The notes under the pieces were generated by a model. That model made no database searches, had not been told where the DNA came from, and saw only the letters and a list, made by a program, of their open reading frames with translations. Shown here piece after piece: positions 1-12,886 of a DNA stretch of 64,000 nt; positions within the stretch are counted from its first letter, which is position 1, and every line of letters starts with the position of its first letter. The stretch is taken from assembly GCA_028023455.1 (NCBI GenBank), contig JAQFVV010000006.1:6510001-6574000 (forward strand), written 5' to 3'. Made by a program: the position numbers and the translations under genes. This DNA is from Epiperipatus broadwayi. Taxonomy: Eukaryota; Animalia; Onychophora.

Positions 1-2660
1 AAAAAAAATACTGTTATTAATAATAAGTTGAGGAAAAACTTTTTTATATATTTTAATGAGTGTGTGTTGGCTCATTTACATCACCCTAAAAACAAAAGAT
101 ACATTGTTCCATATCTTTATTTTTTAAATAAAATGAATAACAAATTGTCTGACTTTCATCACAGCTAAATATGTTTTTAGTGATGTGTTTTTATTCCAAG
201 AACTTTTTTTTCTATCAAAACATAATAACAATCTCATTTTCAGTGAACTACAATCTTTCTAGTTGTTTAGATGTTTTAAAGTCTGCGTCAACATTACGAA
301 TGCTCTTAAAATTCTTAAAACTTTTAACATTACTCTTAGAATACTTTTATTATGAAAGAATAAAATATTTGTGCTTTCAATATAAACTGAACAAATTTTA
401 TTAAAAACCATAAACATGTACCAGCATACTGTTAATTTATATATTTTAATGTTTTTTTTATATTAAAAACATGATTGTGCATGGGATTCTGGGATAAAAA
501 AAATGGCTTCTCACTTATCGTAAAATGTATTAAATTTATGAATTTTAATGTTTTTCTTGTTCATTTATTTATTTTTTTAATGTTTATTTGCACATGTTTT
601 TGGATAGCATATAATTGAAGTAATGTATTTTAATGCAGCATAATCCATGGTTTCAGTACATATTTTAATAATCCTAATAATGAATAACAGACATTGCACA
701 TGTGATACTAAAAATATCTAATAATATGTATATATATGGAAAAATAATCTCCAAACCACATATCACAGTAATTCAAAATATCAGTGTTTTAGAATTAATC
801 TAATAAATTCATAAATAATGCTCTCTTCTATACTAACATTTAAAAGAGGGAGCTCTTCGAAGCTGTTATATGAATAAAAAAAATCAATTATTGATACTCA
901 AAATGGTTGAAACTAAGTTAATAGCAATCTTTATAAAACCAACTCATATTTCAAAGAATTAAAATGTTAATTCCAATGATTTTAATAAACATGCAAATAA
1001 ACAATGATTATTAAAGATGTAGCACTAATAATATCTAATCATTTTAAGAATAAAGAAACACTTCATAAACACACCCCATAATAATTCACAAGCATGACTT
1101 ATTACAAGACATTCTTATGCTATGATTAGATTGTATGAAGACATTTTTGCTATGACATCCAGTAAGGGAATTTTGATTTGAGACATATTTGAAGTGGTGA
1201 AGCTATTCAATTTCTGAGAGGTAACTTTTCTTCTGATGTCTAGTGGAGAAATACATTAAAGGATGGGAAGCCATGATGAAGTTAGACATCATTCTAATTT
1301 CATTCAACTAAATCAAAGGCAGTTTAGAAATCAAATTTCAAGAAAAATAATAAGCAGCATTATGATAAATTATTTATATTAAAAAAAAATCATAAAGCTT
1401 ATATCTGCCATGAGACATATTGGTTGCATGTAGTACATTGTGATGCATGACATGCCAATTTTTTTTTATGATAGCTGGATATTAGTTCTTAGGTTAAATC
1501 TAATGAATTTTATGCTATTACTACAGTAACAGATATGGTTTATCAATCATAGATTACAATTAATAATCCATTTTATTTCTCTACTTTAGAGTCACCTAGT
1601 GTAAGCTTAAGTAACTAACTAGTGGATACCATAATATATAATCATAGGGTATTATGGATGTCACAGATGTGAATTCAGATTCAGGTTCTTTTAGCTCTAA
1701 ACTCTAGAACTCTACTAGTGCATTAAATTGTGAGGTAAATGTTCACCAAACTCCTAGAATAGTTTCTATTTGATTTTGTTGATGTGAAGTACTTCCTTAC
1801 ATGGTTTAGGGCAGTGGTTGATTCTAAAGATCAAAGTCCAAAAATTCTAATTTGATTTTTATCACTCTCAATGCTTGAACTTTGTACACATTCTCAAATA
1901 ATAAAACATTTGGTTATTGTTAGGTGAAACACTGATTGTTTACACACACACATCCACCAACAATATTCAATGGTTTTACACTATCCGAGTTAAGGATCCT
2001 ATACTCAAAACAGCTACAATTTTAAATGCAGACCAGTTTGCTTCTATGATTGGCTGATGCTTCATTTAATATATATCTCAATTTTAAATTTAGCCCATAA
2101 ATATTGTTCAATTGCTTTATTTACGGTAAATATATATCAGTATTTTATATATATAAACTGCAGGTCTTTATTCTCTATATTAGATCTAGAGTGCCATTTA
2201 AAATAGGATCCTTCTTTTGAATGTAATCAGCCTGTAAGTTTTACTTTAATCCTTGGCCTGGGGCAATTGGTTTTCATTAGCTACTGTTCTAGATAAAGTG
2301 CGTTCTAATTAAGTAATGATAAATGGATAACTCCACACATTAAATATATACAAATATTGTATTATATATATATATATAATTAAATAGCAGTTGAAAGTTA
2401 AGTAATTAACTGAAAGTACTTCTGCAAATTGTAAAAGACTGTGTATAATAGTTAATCACCATTATATTTATTATTTTTTATTATTATTACAATACCTATA
2501 TGTATAAATAATATCTACATTATTTCTGTTTTTGTCTAATTAGACAACCATCCACTTTTTTTAAAAAAATCCATGCAAACACTGACATAACATTAATGAA
2601 GGCTTAAAAATGTATGTTATTTCTCTAACATTGATATCTATAATAAATGATAGTATATAT

Positions 2661-2832
2661 TGGATTCCAAGAGATTGTAAAAGACCCAGAAATAGACCAC
2701 ATGTGAAATGGATGGGTGAAATAAGAAAGTGTGCAGGAGTGATGTGGAGAAGAGAAGCTAAAGATCAGAGATGGACTGAACTTGGAGAGACCTTCATCCT
2801 GCAGTGGACTGATAATGGTTGATGATGATGAT
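2661..2832 (+). mobile_element. 5'-truncated 3' fragment of the RTE LINE family seen at 17.9-20.9 kb
   Basis: Translates WIPRDCKRPRNRPHVKWMGEIRKCAGVMWRREAKD..LQWTDNG*, matching the LINE C-terminus; ends in (GAT)n tail. Confidence 0.92.
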
Positions 2833-2899
2833 TGGATTATTTCCATCGTCCCATGTTAATAGTTAAATGTCTTTAGAATAATTCAAACTTTTCAAATAC

Positions 2900-3230
2900 A
2901 TTCAAGTGTTAATAATAGGACATATAACAATTCAAGTTGTACTATTCTCTTCATCAGGTATTACTGCTTAAGCAGCTACAGTATTAGCCCAGGGGTCAGA
3001 TGTAGATTTTGAAATTCATGAACATTGAATTTAAGGTCACCTTCTAACAACTAGGCTATTCTATTACAAACTAGTTGGTTAGAGTTTCACCTTTTTTTAA
3101 ATGTCCAGGTTCAGATATTGTGTCAGTACCACAGATCAAGCCAGCAACAGCTGAAGAAGATAGGAGACTAATACCACATAAAAGTTTATGTTATATGCTA
3201 ACCTGTGTGTTGTTTGTAACAGCTGAATAT
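2900..3230. mobile_element. Old family B remnants in inverted arrangement (minus ~2900-3055, plus ~3095-3230)
   Basis: cagcaacagCTGAAGAAGAtaggag and ttgaatttaaggtcacc resemble the 7.1 kb family B copy; heavily decayed, boundaries approximate. Confidence 0.45.
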
Positions 3231-4999
3231 ATATGTGAAAAGTTTAAACAAATTGATTTTTTTTTTTTGTAAAGACATTGATTAGATAATGATAATAACC
3301 CAACATACAATTAGTACTAAAATAACACTGCAAACTTTTAGGCAAAGGCAGTGAATGATGTTAAATGAGTGATTGGAAATAGCGAACTGCCAATAAATAA
3401 AAGTGAACATACATTACTCCTTGATTGTATTGCCTATCTTGCCATATTTCTATCTGAGCAAAGAATTTAACATACATTACTAATAGATCATTCCAATTAA
3501 CTTCCCATAGAGGAATGATAAAGGGAAAGATAGTATTTATTAAACCTCCCAATTTCCAAATAGCAAAAATGTGGACACTTTTCCATCAGTGTAGCTGAAT
3601 ATTTATTTACTGGTGAATAATTATAATAGTAAAACACCATAAGAAAGTTATTATTATTCTATTTTGAAGTTTCATTCAAGTCTAATTAGTCCTCTTCAGG
3701 TAGCCATCTAGTCAGTATACAAATGTCAAAACCAAGTTGGTTTTGGGACAGCTATTAGAAAGAAAAATCCCAAGCTTATTAAAAAAATGTTCAAATTACT
3801 CAGTCCAGATTCAAACTCAAGCTTTGGGTATGGAAGACTATCGCATTAAGATAAGGTGTTCATTAAGACCGCCTTCACAAGTATTTGTCATACCATCAAT
3901 GAATATGATGTAGTAAAACTTTCTCCTCAATGTTAACTATTGTCTGTGCTAAAATGGGACTCAATAAACTATAAGATTGAAGTTAGAATTATGGTCAAAA
4001 TATTGAAAAAAGTAAATGAATAAATAAACTGATGAAGAAATTAATTATTAGGAGAAAAAATAGAACTGGACATATTTTTAGAGGTTTATGAAACTCACAT
4101 TGGGAGACAGAAGAGAAACATTAATGAATGACCTTAAGAAAGTAGCAGCTATGAAATTTTCGAACAATGGAACTAATAATAAGTATATAAATAATAAATG
4201 TATTTTGCTCAAGAGATCAGATAATATCTGAGCATTCTTGCAGATGGGACATTTAGAAATTCATTTAGTTTAAACCAAGTTTTTTTTTTTAATATAATGA
4301 TCTGTCTGGTCATTTTATCATGACATTAAATCACATTTTGTACAAAGTAATCAAATGGGTTTTTTTCAGAAGCTTATGTAGCATTCAGTCCCTGAAGTGG
4401 CAGTCGAGCTGTGCCCCATAGATTTTAAGCTCTTGAGGGCATAGAGAAAATGAATTGGTTGACATGGCAACCAAGTCTATTGGGAAGACAATTAATAATA
4501 AGTGAATTTTAGAAATATTATAAAATAATTATTCTTCAGTTTATGTAATACATCATACAAACAGTTATATTGTAGGAAAAATCTGATCATAAACACTGAA
4601 AGTAGGCTCTGCTAGTTAAACACTTTATAAATTTGTAATCTTGTTAAAGACACAAAATGCTGTTTAAAGAAAGAGTAACAATAGTTTTATTTCTTTAATA
4701 TTTTTATTTAATTTAGAAATTCTGTTGTTTTGACCTGGTTAAATCTTGTAACTGAATTTTAGCATACTCCTATCAAATGGATTACCTTCAAATTTTGTAC
4801 ATATTAGGTATTTACTGAAATATTTCACAGATTGTTTAGTCTAATAGTGTTGTCGGGCAGAATTTCAAAATGTGATGTCAGTTTGGTAAGTTTTTAATAA
4901 TGCACACTAGATGGCGGTATATTTAAAAAAAGTATGCTAAAATTGAATGTTCACTGAAAAGCATTTTCATTTAATTAAAATAGAAAAAAAAAACGACAA

Positions 5000-5092
5000 G
5001 CATTGGTGGTCTAGTGGTTTGCATAGCTGCCTTCCAAGCAGCTGGCTCGGGTTTGCTTCCTAGTCAACGTATTTGACATATGAAAAAAAAAA
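5000..5092 (+). mobile_element. tRNA-Gly(TCC)-derived SINE or tRNA pseudogene with poly(A)
   Basis: GCATTGGTGGTCTAGTGG..GCATAGCTGCCTTCCAAGCAG..CGGGTTTGCTTCC..CAACGTA follows the metazoan tRNA-Gly-TCC sequence; B-box and stems mutated; followed by TTTGACATATG-A(n). Confidence 0.85.
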
Positions 5093-7227
5093 TAGAAAGA
5101 AAAGCAAATGAAGATTGAAATCATAATTTCTCTTGATTTTTTAACTATAATTTGCATTTTTTTAACACATTGCATTTATAAATAATAATAAAAAGTGAGT
5201 TTTGCTGTGCTAGAATTTCATTTCAAAAACTAGAAATACGGTAATATTGTTTGCATTCGTAGTTTGTAAATTTGGATATGAATAGTTTCAACATGTCTGT
5301 TGCAATATATCCTATAACTAAAAAGTAATATATAGAAAAAATATTTTATAAAGAATGCTTTTATTTCATTCCAAGTGTAGTAATACACTAAAAGCCAAAA
5401 AATTTTTCTTGGACTACAATTGGGTTGGTATGTTTACTTAAAATTAAAGTGGAGAATGCGTATAAGTTAATTAATTCAATTTTAATTTATGCACCCCACT
5501 AAATAGTGATCGAATTAATTAATTTATGCCCCCCCCCCCGCACACACACACTTATACTTTAAGTTAAATATATCAATCCAAACTATGGTCCAAAAAAGAA
5601 ACACATTATTTCTTAAATGAAATAAAACCGATTTTTATAAAATATTTATATAATATTCAGTTATTTTGAAAAAGTTAATTTAATTTGTATATATTAATCA
5701 ATTTTATTGCTATACAATATTAAAAATATTTATAACAAACTTAAGTGGAGCTGGTAACATTTAAAATATATAAATAACTCTAGAAAGATTTTTTACAGAA
5801 CTTTTAAGTACTAATATAAAACTTACCTCATTAAAAAAATATATACAGAATATTAATTTAAATTTCAATTTATTTTTTTTAATTTGAAAAATTCAACACA
5901 AGATGGCAGTACTGAAATAGTTTTATCTTTAAAAATTTCAATAATTCTAAGCATTATATATAAAAAAAAACAATTAAGATTTACTAGTTTTAAACTTTCA
6001 GAGGAAGAAGAAAACAAAAATTTCCTTATTCATTCATAAACTTTTTAATAAATAATAAAGTAAGATACGATATTTTACATTTGAATTCAAGATCTTAAGT
6101 ATTATTAAGATCTTAAAATATTTAGAGGGAAGTAGATAAATTAAAACACGCACACACACTCGCAGTTAAATTCAGACATGAATAAGTGGAGGCCTAATTT
6201 TATTTTTAACTTATACAACATTTTGAAGTATTACTAAGATCATTTATTAATTAGAATATTTAAAAAGTAGAGGCAATACGTTAAAACACGCACACACACA
6301 GTTAAATGATTTACCCCCCCCCCCATAAAATTATAACTGATTTTAAAATAAATTAAAAATTTATTATATTACTATCAAAACATTCACACATCTTTAAAAT
6401 GTTGTAATTTAAACAATTACATCATAAATATATTGCGTATAGAAATAATTCTATCTTGGTTGTTTACATTTTAATTCAAATCTCTAAATTGGTATTATAT
6501 ACTGGTATGCCATCTGGTGAAAAATGGTGCTAATGACATGTATTATATACTTATTTTTGCGGTTTTTAATGAGTTCGATGGAAGATATTCCAAAAAAAAA
6601 TAAGAGTTACTTTCCCACAGGTTGCAAGATGTTTTCAAATAGAAAATATTTTTAAATATTTACAATTTTTGCAAAAACTGAATAATGCAAGGTTGGAACA
6701 ATATTGTATTAGATTAATTATGTATGGTTTGACGCACACGTGCTTGTATTAAACATTTTTTGGAAAGCAGTCTTACTATTAACTCCAATAATTCTTTAGC
6801 TACATATACTATGACAAGATTGTTATAAAAATACTTGCTCATCATCGGAAGTAATATACCACTATCATTAAAACTTAAAAGTAACCACGTCACTAGTAAC
6901 TTTGAAATAGGAAAAAAAATCGAAAAATATTAGAGTTGACTCTATTAATAAAATAAACACTTTATTAAGAAAGAAAACAATATCTGAAGTTAAAATAAAA
7001 AACTAGTTGAAAACATCCTTCCTAAATGATTTGCAAGTACATAAAGAGATATATATATATATTACAGGGAGATTACATGTAATAAAAGTATAATAGCTAA
7101 ATAGCTGATATTTTAGTTTGGCAGGATGGCTCAGTTGGTTAGAGGGTTACCTTAAATTTCAATAATCAAGAATCTAAGGACCCAGGTTCGAATCCCATGC
7201 TAGTACTGTCACTGGTCAGGCCAACAA

Positions 7228-7270
7228 CACCTGAAGAAGAGGGGAGAAAAATACCTCTCGAAACGTTGTG
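7228..7270 (+). ncRNA. Minimal type-I hammerhead ribozyme motif (family B)
   Basis: CAC-CTGAAGA-A-GAGGGG[AGAAAAATA]CCTCTC-GAAA-CG-TT^GTG: core present, 6-bp stem II (one G.U), palindromic AACGTT stem III, stem I only 3 bp in this copy. Confidence 0.7.
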
Positions 7271-7418
7271 CGTATACTAATCTGTTTGCTGTGATATTAC
7301 TAACAGTTAGTGCATATACTAACCTGTTTGCTGTGATATTATTAACATTTGTTTGCTGTGATATTACTAACAGTTGGTGCATATACTAACCTGTTTGCTG
7401 TGATATTACTAACAGTTG
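7268..7418 (+). repeat. ~42-bp tandem repeat (about 3.5 units) inside the family B copy
   Basis: Unit gtgcatatactaacctgtttgctgtgatattactaacagtt starts at 7268, 7310 and 7377, with one partial extra unit. Confidence 0.92.
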
Positions 7419-7588
7419 AATGCATTTGGAATATTTAACTAAAAATTAAACTTTTCTAAAGACATTCAACACACATATTAGATGATGGAAATAGTCCAAT
7501 ATAAAAATACAATAATAAGTACTCTCTCTCTCGTGAGAGCTTTTTCTTTCTCAAATCATAAAAAAATAATGAAGTATTTCAACACTTT

Positions 7589-7840
7589 AAAGATAAAATT
7601 CTGAAGTGTCATGGTGTATATGAAATTCCATGTGAAGTTTGTTTACATTCATACATTGGACAGATCAATTGTAGAATAAACATAAGAAAAAAAGAACTCA
7701 TGTCAAGCATTGGTGGTGGAGAGATCAGCGGTGGCTGCTTTACAAGCAGTTGTCCCGGGTTAGCGGATTCGCTTCCCGGATGATGCTATGACATATGAGA
7801 AGAAAAAAAAACTCATTTTGGCAGTTAGAGAAAATTTTAA
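7589..7840 (+). pseudogene. Penelope-like GIY-YIG endonuclease fragment, interrupted by a SINE
   Basis: 7589-7700 reads KDKILKCHGVYEIPCEVCLHSYIGQINCRINIRKKEL (GVY..C..C..YIGQ); after the SINE, LAVREN resembles SAVAEH. Confidence 0.8.
7702..7810 (+). mobile_element. tRNA-Gly-derived SINE (derived subfamily)
   Basis: gtcaagcattggtgg..gctttacaagcagttgtcccggg..atgctatgacatatg-A(n); flanking aactcat duplicated (7695-7701 / 7810-7816). Confidence 0.85.
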
Positions 7841-7849
7841 TTAATCAGT

Positions 7850-8070
7850 CATTTATTCATACATTAAATTGACTAATATGAGAGATTGTGACCTGGGCCA
7901 ACTGACGAGTGCTGTTTCAGCACGAAATGCATCTTGGGGGTCATTTGTCTTTTATTATATCTTTATTTATACGTATTTAAAAAGAATGGTAAAGTATGGA
8001 TATGTTTATTATATCTATAAAACACATATTCTGGCAAAAATTGAACAAATGACCAGAGACTGCTAAGGGA
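7850..8070 (+). mobile_element. Family C HHR-bearing repeat, partial copy
   Basis: Homologous to 56.24-56.70 kb (minus) and 23.0-23.45 kb (minus). Confidence 0.8.
7898..7937 (+). ncRNA. Canonical minimal type-I hammerhead ribozyme (family C)
   Basis: CCAA-CTGACGA-GTGCT[GTTTC]AGCAC-GAAA-TGCA-TC^TTGG: all core nucleotides, 4-bp stem I, 5-bp stem II, palindromic ATGCAT stem III; predicted cleavage after 7933. Confidence 0.9.
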
Positions 8071-8521
8071 AGCTATAAGGATTTTTAAAAGGCATAGGAG
8101 CATAAATAAAAAAATTGTGAAATTATTTTATTTTCAAGAGATACACATACATATAAAATGCGATATTTAATGTATATAATTTTTTAATAATTCTGTAATC
8201 AGATTATATATGTTAAAAACATCTGATCTGAATGTACTAAAACATATGGTGGATTTTATTTTGTTGTTAATTATTCATGTTAATATTTTAATATGTAAGA
8301 ATTTCAAATTAAGTTATATGTAGATATACAGTTACGTATATACATGTTAAAAACATCTACTCTATATACATGTTTTAAAATTTTACATTAAATAGACTTT
8401 GCTACTACTTTCAAATTTAGATATCTGCATAAAGGTTTGGAATCAAAATAACGTGGACATGGGAGAATATTTTTAGGAGCACATTTTCATTGCTTGTAAT
8501 GTGCAAAATAAATGAATGATA

Positions 8522-8747
8522 TTAAACAGACAAAACTCTCCATACAGTAGTGCCACCCTGTGCTAACCAGAGTAATCAATGGATGCCAAAAGGCTTGTGC
8601 ATAAAATCCTCATTTAGTGCCTACTCATTCAATATCCCCCGACTAGTTTCTGGCTTGTGGCCTTTGTCAGTGAGGAGCTTTGTATGGAGAGTTTTGCCTG
8701 TTTAATAACAGTTATGTGCTAGCATAAGAGATGTTGATTATGTGATG
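8522..8747. mobile_element. Family A element: minus arm with HHR plus short plus-strand arm with tail
   Basis: Inverted 24-mers 8522-8545 / 8682-8705; HHR on minus ~8635-8677; TSD taaat(g/c)aatgata 8509-8521 / 8748-8760. Confidence 0.85.
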
Positions 8748-9299
8748 TAAATCAATGATAACAGTTTTTCTAAAAAAAGAATTTTACGGTAAACTTGAGC
8801 GTGAAAAGAACAAACTTTATATTCTAAAGATAATCTTAAAGACATTCTAAAGAAAGGCAATATAAATTTCTTTCATTATAATATGATATGGGATAGTAAA
8901 AAATACAATGGTGAGTTACAATTAGATATGGTTTGATTATTTCAGAAAGAAAAGTTTGTAGTACAACAAGTTAAAAGACAGCACTGCAAGATGACAAATA
9001 AACAGACTAAAAGATCAGCATATGTTAAATATGGAGTTGAGACATATATTGGTTTATAATAAAATAAGCAACCACTCATAAAAAAGTATGACCATTTGCT
9101 TGCTAAAATTAACTCCAGTCTCACCCAAATTCAGCTCCAAATTTGATTGTAATGCACAAGAAAAGATCACAATTAGAAACTGCCAGCTTATTAATCCTAT
9201 CCTGGCATTGCTTTCTAAATACTAAAGGATTGAGCTAAAGAAAGGGAAATGGAATCACAAATGTTGTGCATGTAGTTAAAGGATGGAAATATGGTTGCA

Positions 9300-9560
9300 C
9301 AGACATCCAATCTAATTAGCACAGTTATTATCAAGAGATGTCTTATGGTATGAGAGGTTCGTGATGATTTGATTCTACAATAAGTTAATAAAGAAGGGGA
9401 AGAAAAAGGTAGAAAAGACTATATCAGTCTCAATACATAGCCTTTGATGAACCAACACCCTATCCCACAAGAAGAAGATACTCTTGGTCAGTCACGAGTT
9501 AATTGTTATTCACAGTTAGCCTTCATATCTGCAGTCATTTCACCATCTGCTATCATAAAC
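9300..9560 (+). pseudogene. Decayed Ty3/Gypsy-like reverse transcriptase fragment
   Basis: DYISLNT*PLMNQHPIPQEEDTLGQSRVNCYSQLAFISA aligns by eye to DYRxLNxxTxxDxYPIPxIDDLLDxL..FSxLDLxS. Confidence 0.4.
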
Positions 9561-9721
9561 ACTCATCTTTTAATATTTTATTCTCTGTTTTTCTGCCTTC
9601 TTCTGTAATTCAAGTGGCGATTCTTTACTGCAAGGAGCAAGTGATAATTTAAAATGCGGAATGTGCAATTTTATTTTGCTATATTGTGACACATGGCTTG
9701 GTGCAGTAGCAGAGAGTCTAA

Positions 9722-9837
9722 CTTTTTTTTTTCTATATGTCATAGCATAGGCCGGGACGCGAACCCACACCCGTCTGCAACCAACTACTTGCTTGCAAGC
9801 CGGGTGCGATGACCTCTCGGCTAACAAATGCCAACAG
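9722..9837 (-). mobile_element. tRNA-Gly-derived SINE (subfamily with caagtagttggttgcagacgg insert)
   Basis: Reverse strand gttagccgagaggtcatcgc..gggttcgcgtcccggcctatgctatgacatatag-A(n); near-identical to 44678-44792. Confidence 0.88.
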
Positions 9838-10599
9838 CTTGCATTTCCAGTTCCATTATTTCCTGCATTCAAACTTTTTATAACTCGTGAGCAATAAATC
9901 TTTTGACTATGGTTATTATTTAACTGAATTTTTAATAATGCAAATGAATTATAATTTTTATCAATAAATAATTTTAAAACAATAAATCAACTTAAAACTT
10001 GTTGTTTTTTTTTTAATGAAAGCCTATTAATTAGTTACGAGTTTTAAATGGCAGAAGTAATGCAATAGATAAATGGGAAGGGAGAATCAAGGGTTAAGTC
10101 AGGAGGGATGGTCAGGGGTTTGGAGTAAAAAAATAAAAACCATCACAGGAAAAAATCTTGATGAAGTAAAAAATACAACTAATAAGACATATATAAAATA
10201 CGATTTTATTTTGATATGCTGAGCAATGCATTAAAAAACAAAATATAATTTTTTCTTTGACCATAGTTTGAGATATTTAACTTGAAATAAAAACAGGAGT
10301 GATTCATAAATTAATTAATTTAATCATTAATCAGTGATTGAATTAATTGATTTATGGAGATTCCGCACTTTTATTTCAAATTACATATAATGATCAAAAT
10401 TGCGGTAAAGGAAAAAAATATTTTTACGCATTACTCCTTGAATGAAATAAAATTATTATTTATAAAACAAATTTTTTATACGTTATTTATTTTTGCTACA
10501 CATATACTTTGCAACAGATTTTTTGTAACTACTCTTATTCAAATTTTAAAATTAAGAATGAAAATATTGTTGACACATTTACAATATTTGAAATGAAAT

Positions 10600-10850
10600 T
10601 CGTGTGTGTTAAAAATCGTTCATAAGATTGCTGCGTTTATAAAGGCACCATTTTTAAAAAAGTAAGTTTTAGTTAAATATTCAAGAGAAATAAAGATTTC
10701 ATTTTTTTTCCATTTTAATTAACTGTAGTGCTTTTTAGCGATTTAATCATAAAATTCAATGAAAATGTTAACAAAAGAAAAATATCGCCATATATTATTG
10801 CACATCATTGAAAACTTATTAAACCGATATCAACCTGGTTTGAACTTTGG
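10600..10850. repeat. Dispersed repeat, unclassified (homologue at ~37470-37710)
   Basis: Shared collinear blocks gtttat(a/g)aaggca..tttagttaaa..tcaagagaaat..catcattgaaaa..gatatcaa..gtttgaa. Confidence 0.6.
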
Positions 10851-11123
10851 ACTATCAATACTATTAGGACAAACAACTTGCTAGACAATTTTGAAATATT
10901 GCATTGTCATCGATCACTAACACATGTACAACATTTAAAGAAAATCTGTTTGGTATAAGTATAATAAAAATCAGTTACAAGATTAGACCCAAATAAACAA
11001 ACTAACAAACAGAATTTCTAAATTAAATAAATCTTTTAAAAAAGGTGATTAGAAACTCTTGAAGTATGTGAAAAAAAAAAAATCCAAAGACAATAGAGAA
11101 TGAAATAAAAATATATACTTAAA

Positions 11124-11425
11124 TACTGTATTACTTCGAATTTAAGCTGCAGTAAGATTTAAAAATTTGGAAAAAAATATAAAAATGATTTTATAACAGG
11201 TATTGAAAAATAATAAACATTTTTATTTATATTAAATAGTAATTAAAATCAAATTGCTAACAGTGATCACAATATTATGCGCATGCATAAGTATAAAGTA
11301 AAGATGCGATCATTGGGAAGTAGGAATGACATTAAAATATTCACTTTGAATTTAAGCCACACCCTAATTTTATGTCTTCAACATTTAAATAAAAAAGTGC
11401 AACTTAAATTCGAAGTAATATAGTA
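11124..11425. mobile_element. Tc1/mariner-superfamily (pogo/Tigger-type) MITE
   Basis: TIR tactgtattacttcgaatttaag / cttaaattcgaagtaatatagta with terminal TA; internal copy of gaatttaagcc. Confidence 0.8.
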
Positions 11426-12886
11426 TTAGAAGTATAAAAATGAAAGTTCAGTGGGATTTAGATACAGCTTCTGGAATTCAAAATCCACGGATCTCATCTC
11501 CACTAATGCTTCTGCTGCTAAAATGTCTTCTGAATTCTTAGACAGGGACCGATTTTTTTTATTTCATTAAAAATAAATTTCTTTAGAGGTACCAAGCTAA
11601 AAATGATTTATAGTGTAAAATAAAAAAGATATTTTAATAATGTAAGGGTTTATTAAAGTTTACAATGTAGTTCTGAAATTGAGATGCTACTAACTTTGAT
11701 AACATTGTCAACCATTGGTAAAGGAATATCTCCAATCCCCATTCCCTCTCACAAAAATAAAGTTAAAAATGAATTTTGTAATGGTTATATCTAATCCAAA
11801 TCACACATTCATCTAAATATATCAAATTTAGTCTGTTTATGATGAGTTTACAAAGTAATCCATAAAACACAAATACCTCTATATAATGTATTTTAACTTC
11901 CTCTAGAATAAATTTTATTTTCTAAAAGACTTCAACACATTGCCAAATTATAGGTCCCTTCTCTATTCTATACTCAACTACATTTAAGATTTAGCTGTGA
12001 TTAAGAAATGGAGTTCCCCCCACCCTCAACATACTCAAGTTCACCATAAAATACTTTTTTAAAAAGTTTGTTATCATTAACTCATTTTGAAGCCCAATTT
12101 AACAAAAATATGGCCTTATTATAGTAATTTTCTAATATCACATCCAGAAAGCTGGAAAACATACTCATTGGTCTTATGAATGCTGTCTGATCCTTTCCCC
12201 CTGAAAAGCATTTCATCAAGGTCAACTGTATCAATTTTAAGAGGATATTGAGTTATAGCCAACTACCACTGATATGATGGCTGACTATCCTAACTGAGTA
12301 GACAATTTAACATCAATAATAATATAACTGTTTATTGCTCAGAAGTTTATAAAAATGAGTACGAAAGTGGCAGAACTGAACTGCAATTCTTGAACTTTGA
12401 ACTCCAGAGTCTGCCAAATTTATCACTGCCCAAACTTCACACAGTATACAGATTATGAAATTGCACTATTTATGGAATGCTAAATTTTGTGCACATTCCA
12501 TGAACTGTATATCATGCTTCTACAGTTCACGTAGTGTGTAGAATTTTGCACAATTCATGAAATAAGCGTTATGTTTTCTTTTCATTTCATGAACTGGGTG
12601 CATAGATACAGAATATAAATGGGTGATAAACAGGTGAAGAGTAAGAACATTAATTTTAATTTAAAAATTTTATTATATAAAAATAGTGATGCTTTTTCCT
12701 TTGCTGTGTATGTAATTATTTTGTGTGTGTGTGTATGTGTGTTTGCTTTACAAAGTGATTTTTATTTTTTATCTCAATTTAGCTGATGGACTTTCAGTGA
12801 CAAGCTATAATTATGGGCTCATCACTAAAAATGCATTCAGCTAAATTAAGAAAAGAAATAAAAACCATTTCATACAGCATACGCAC

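Larger units (their letters stand above)
7120..7502 (+). mobile_element. Family B: tRNA-headed element carrying a hammerhead ribozyme
   Basis: A-box TGGCTCAGTTGG 7127-7138, B-box GGTTCGAATCC 7185-7195, HHR 7228-7270; 3' part ending gatgatggaaatagtccaatata is shared with copies at 22.6, 34.7-35.4 and 59.2 kb. Confidence 0.85.

Noticed and set aside
1590-1800. Exon-like Ser-rich stretch (DVNSDSGSFSSKL..)
   Set aside because: In-frame stop and no recognisable homology.
5000-5071. Functional tRNA-Gly gene
   Set aside because: B-box/T-loop altered (GGTTTGCTTCC), acceptor and T stems mismatched, followed by the SINE tail and poly(A); same for the other copies.
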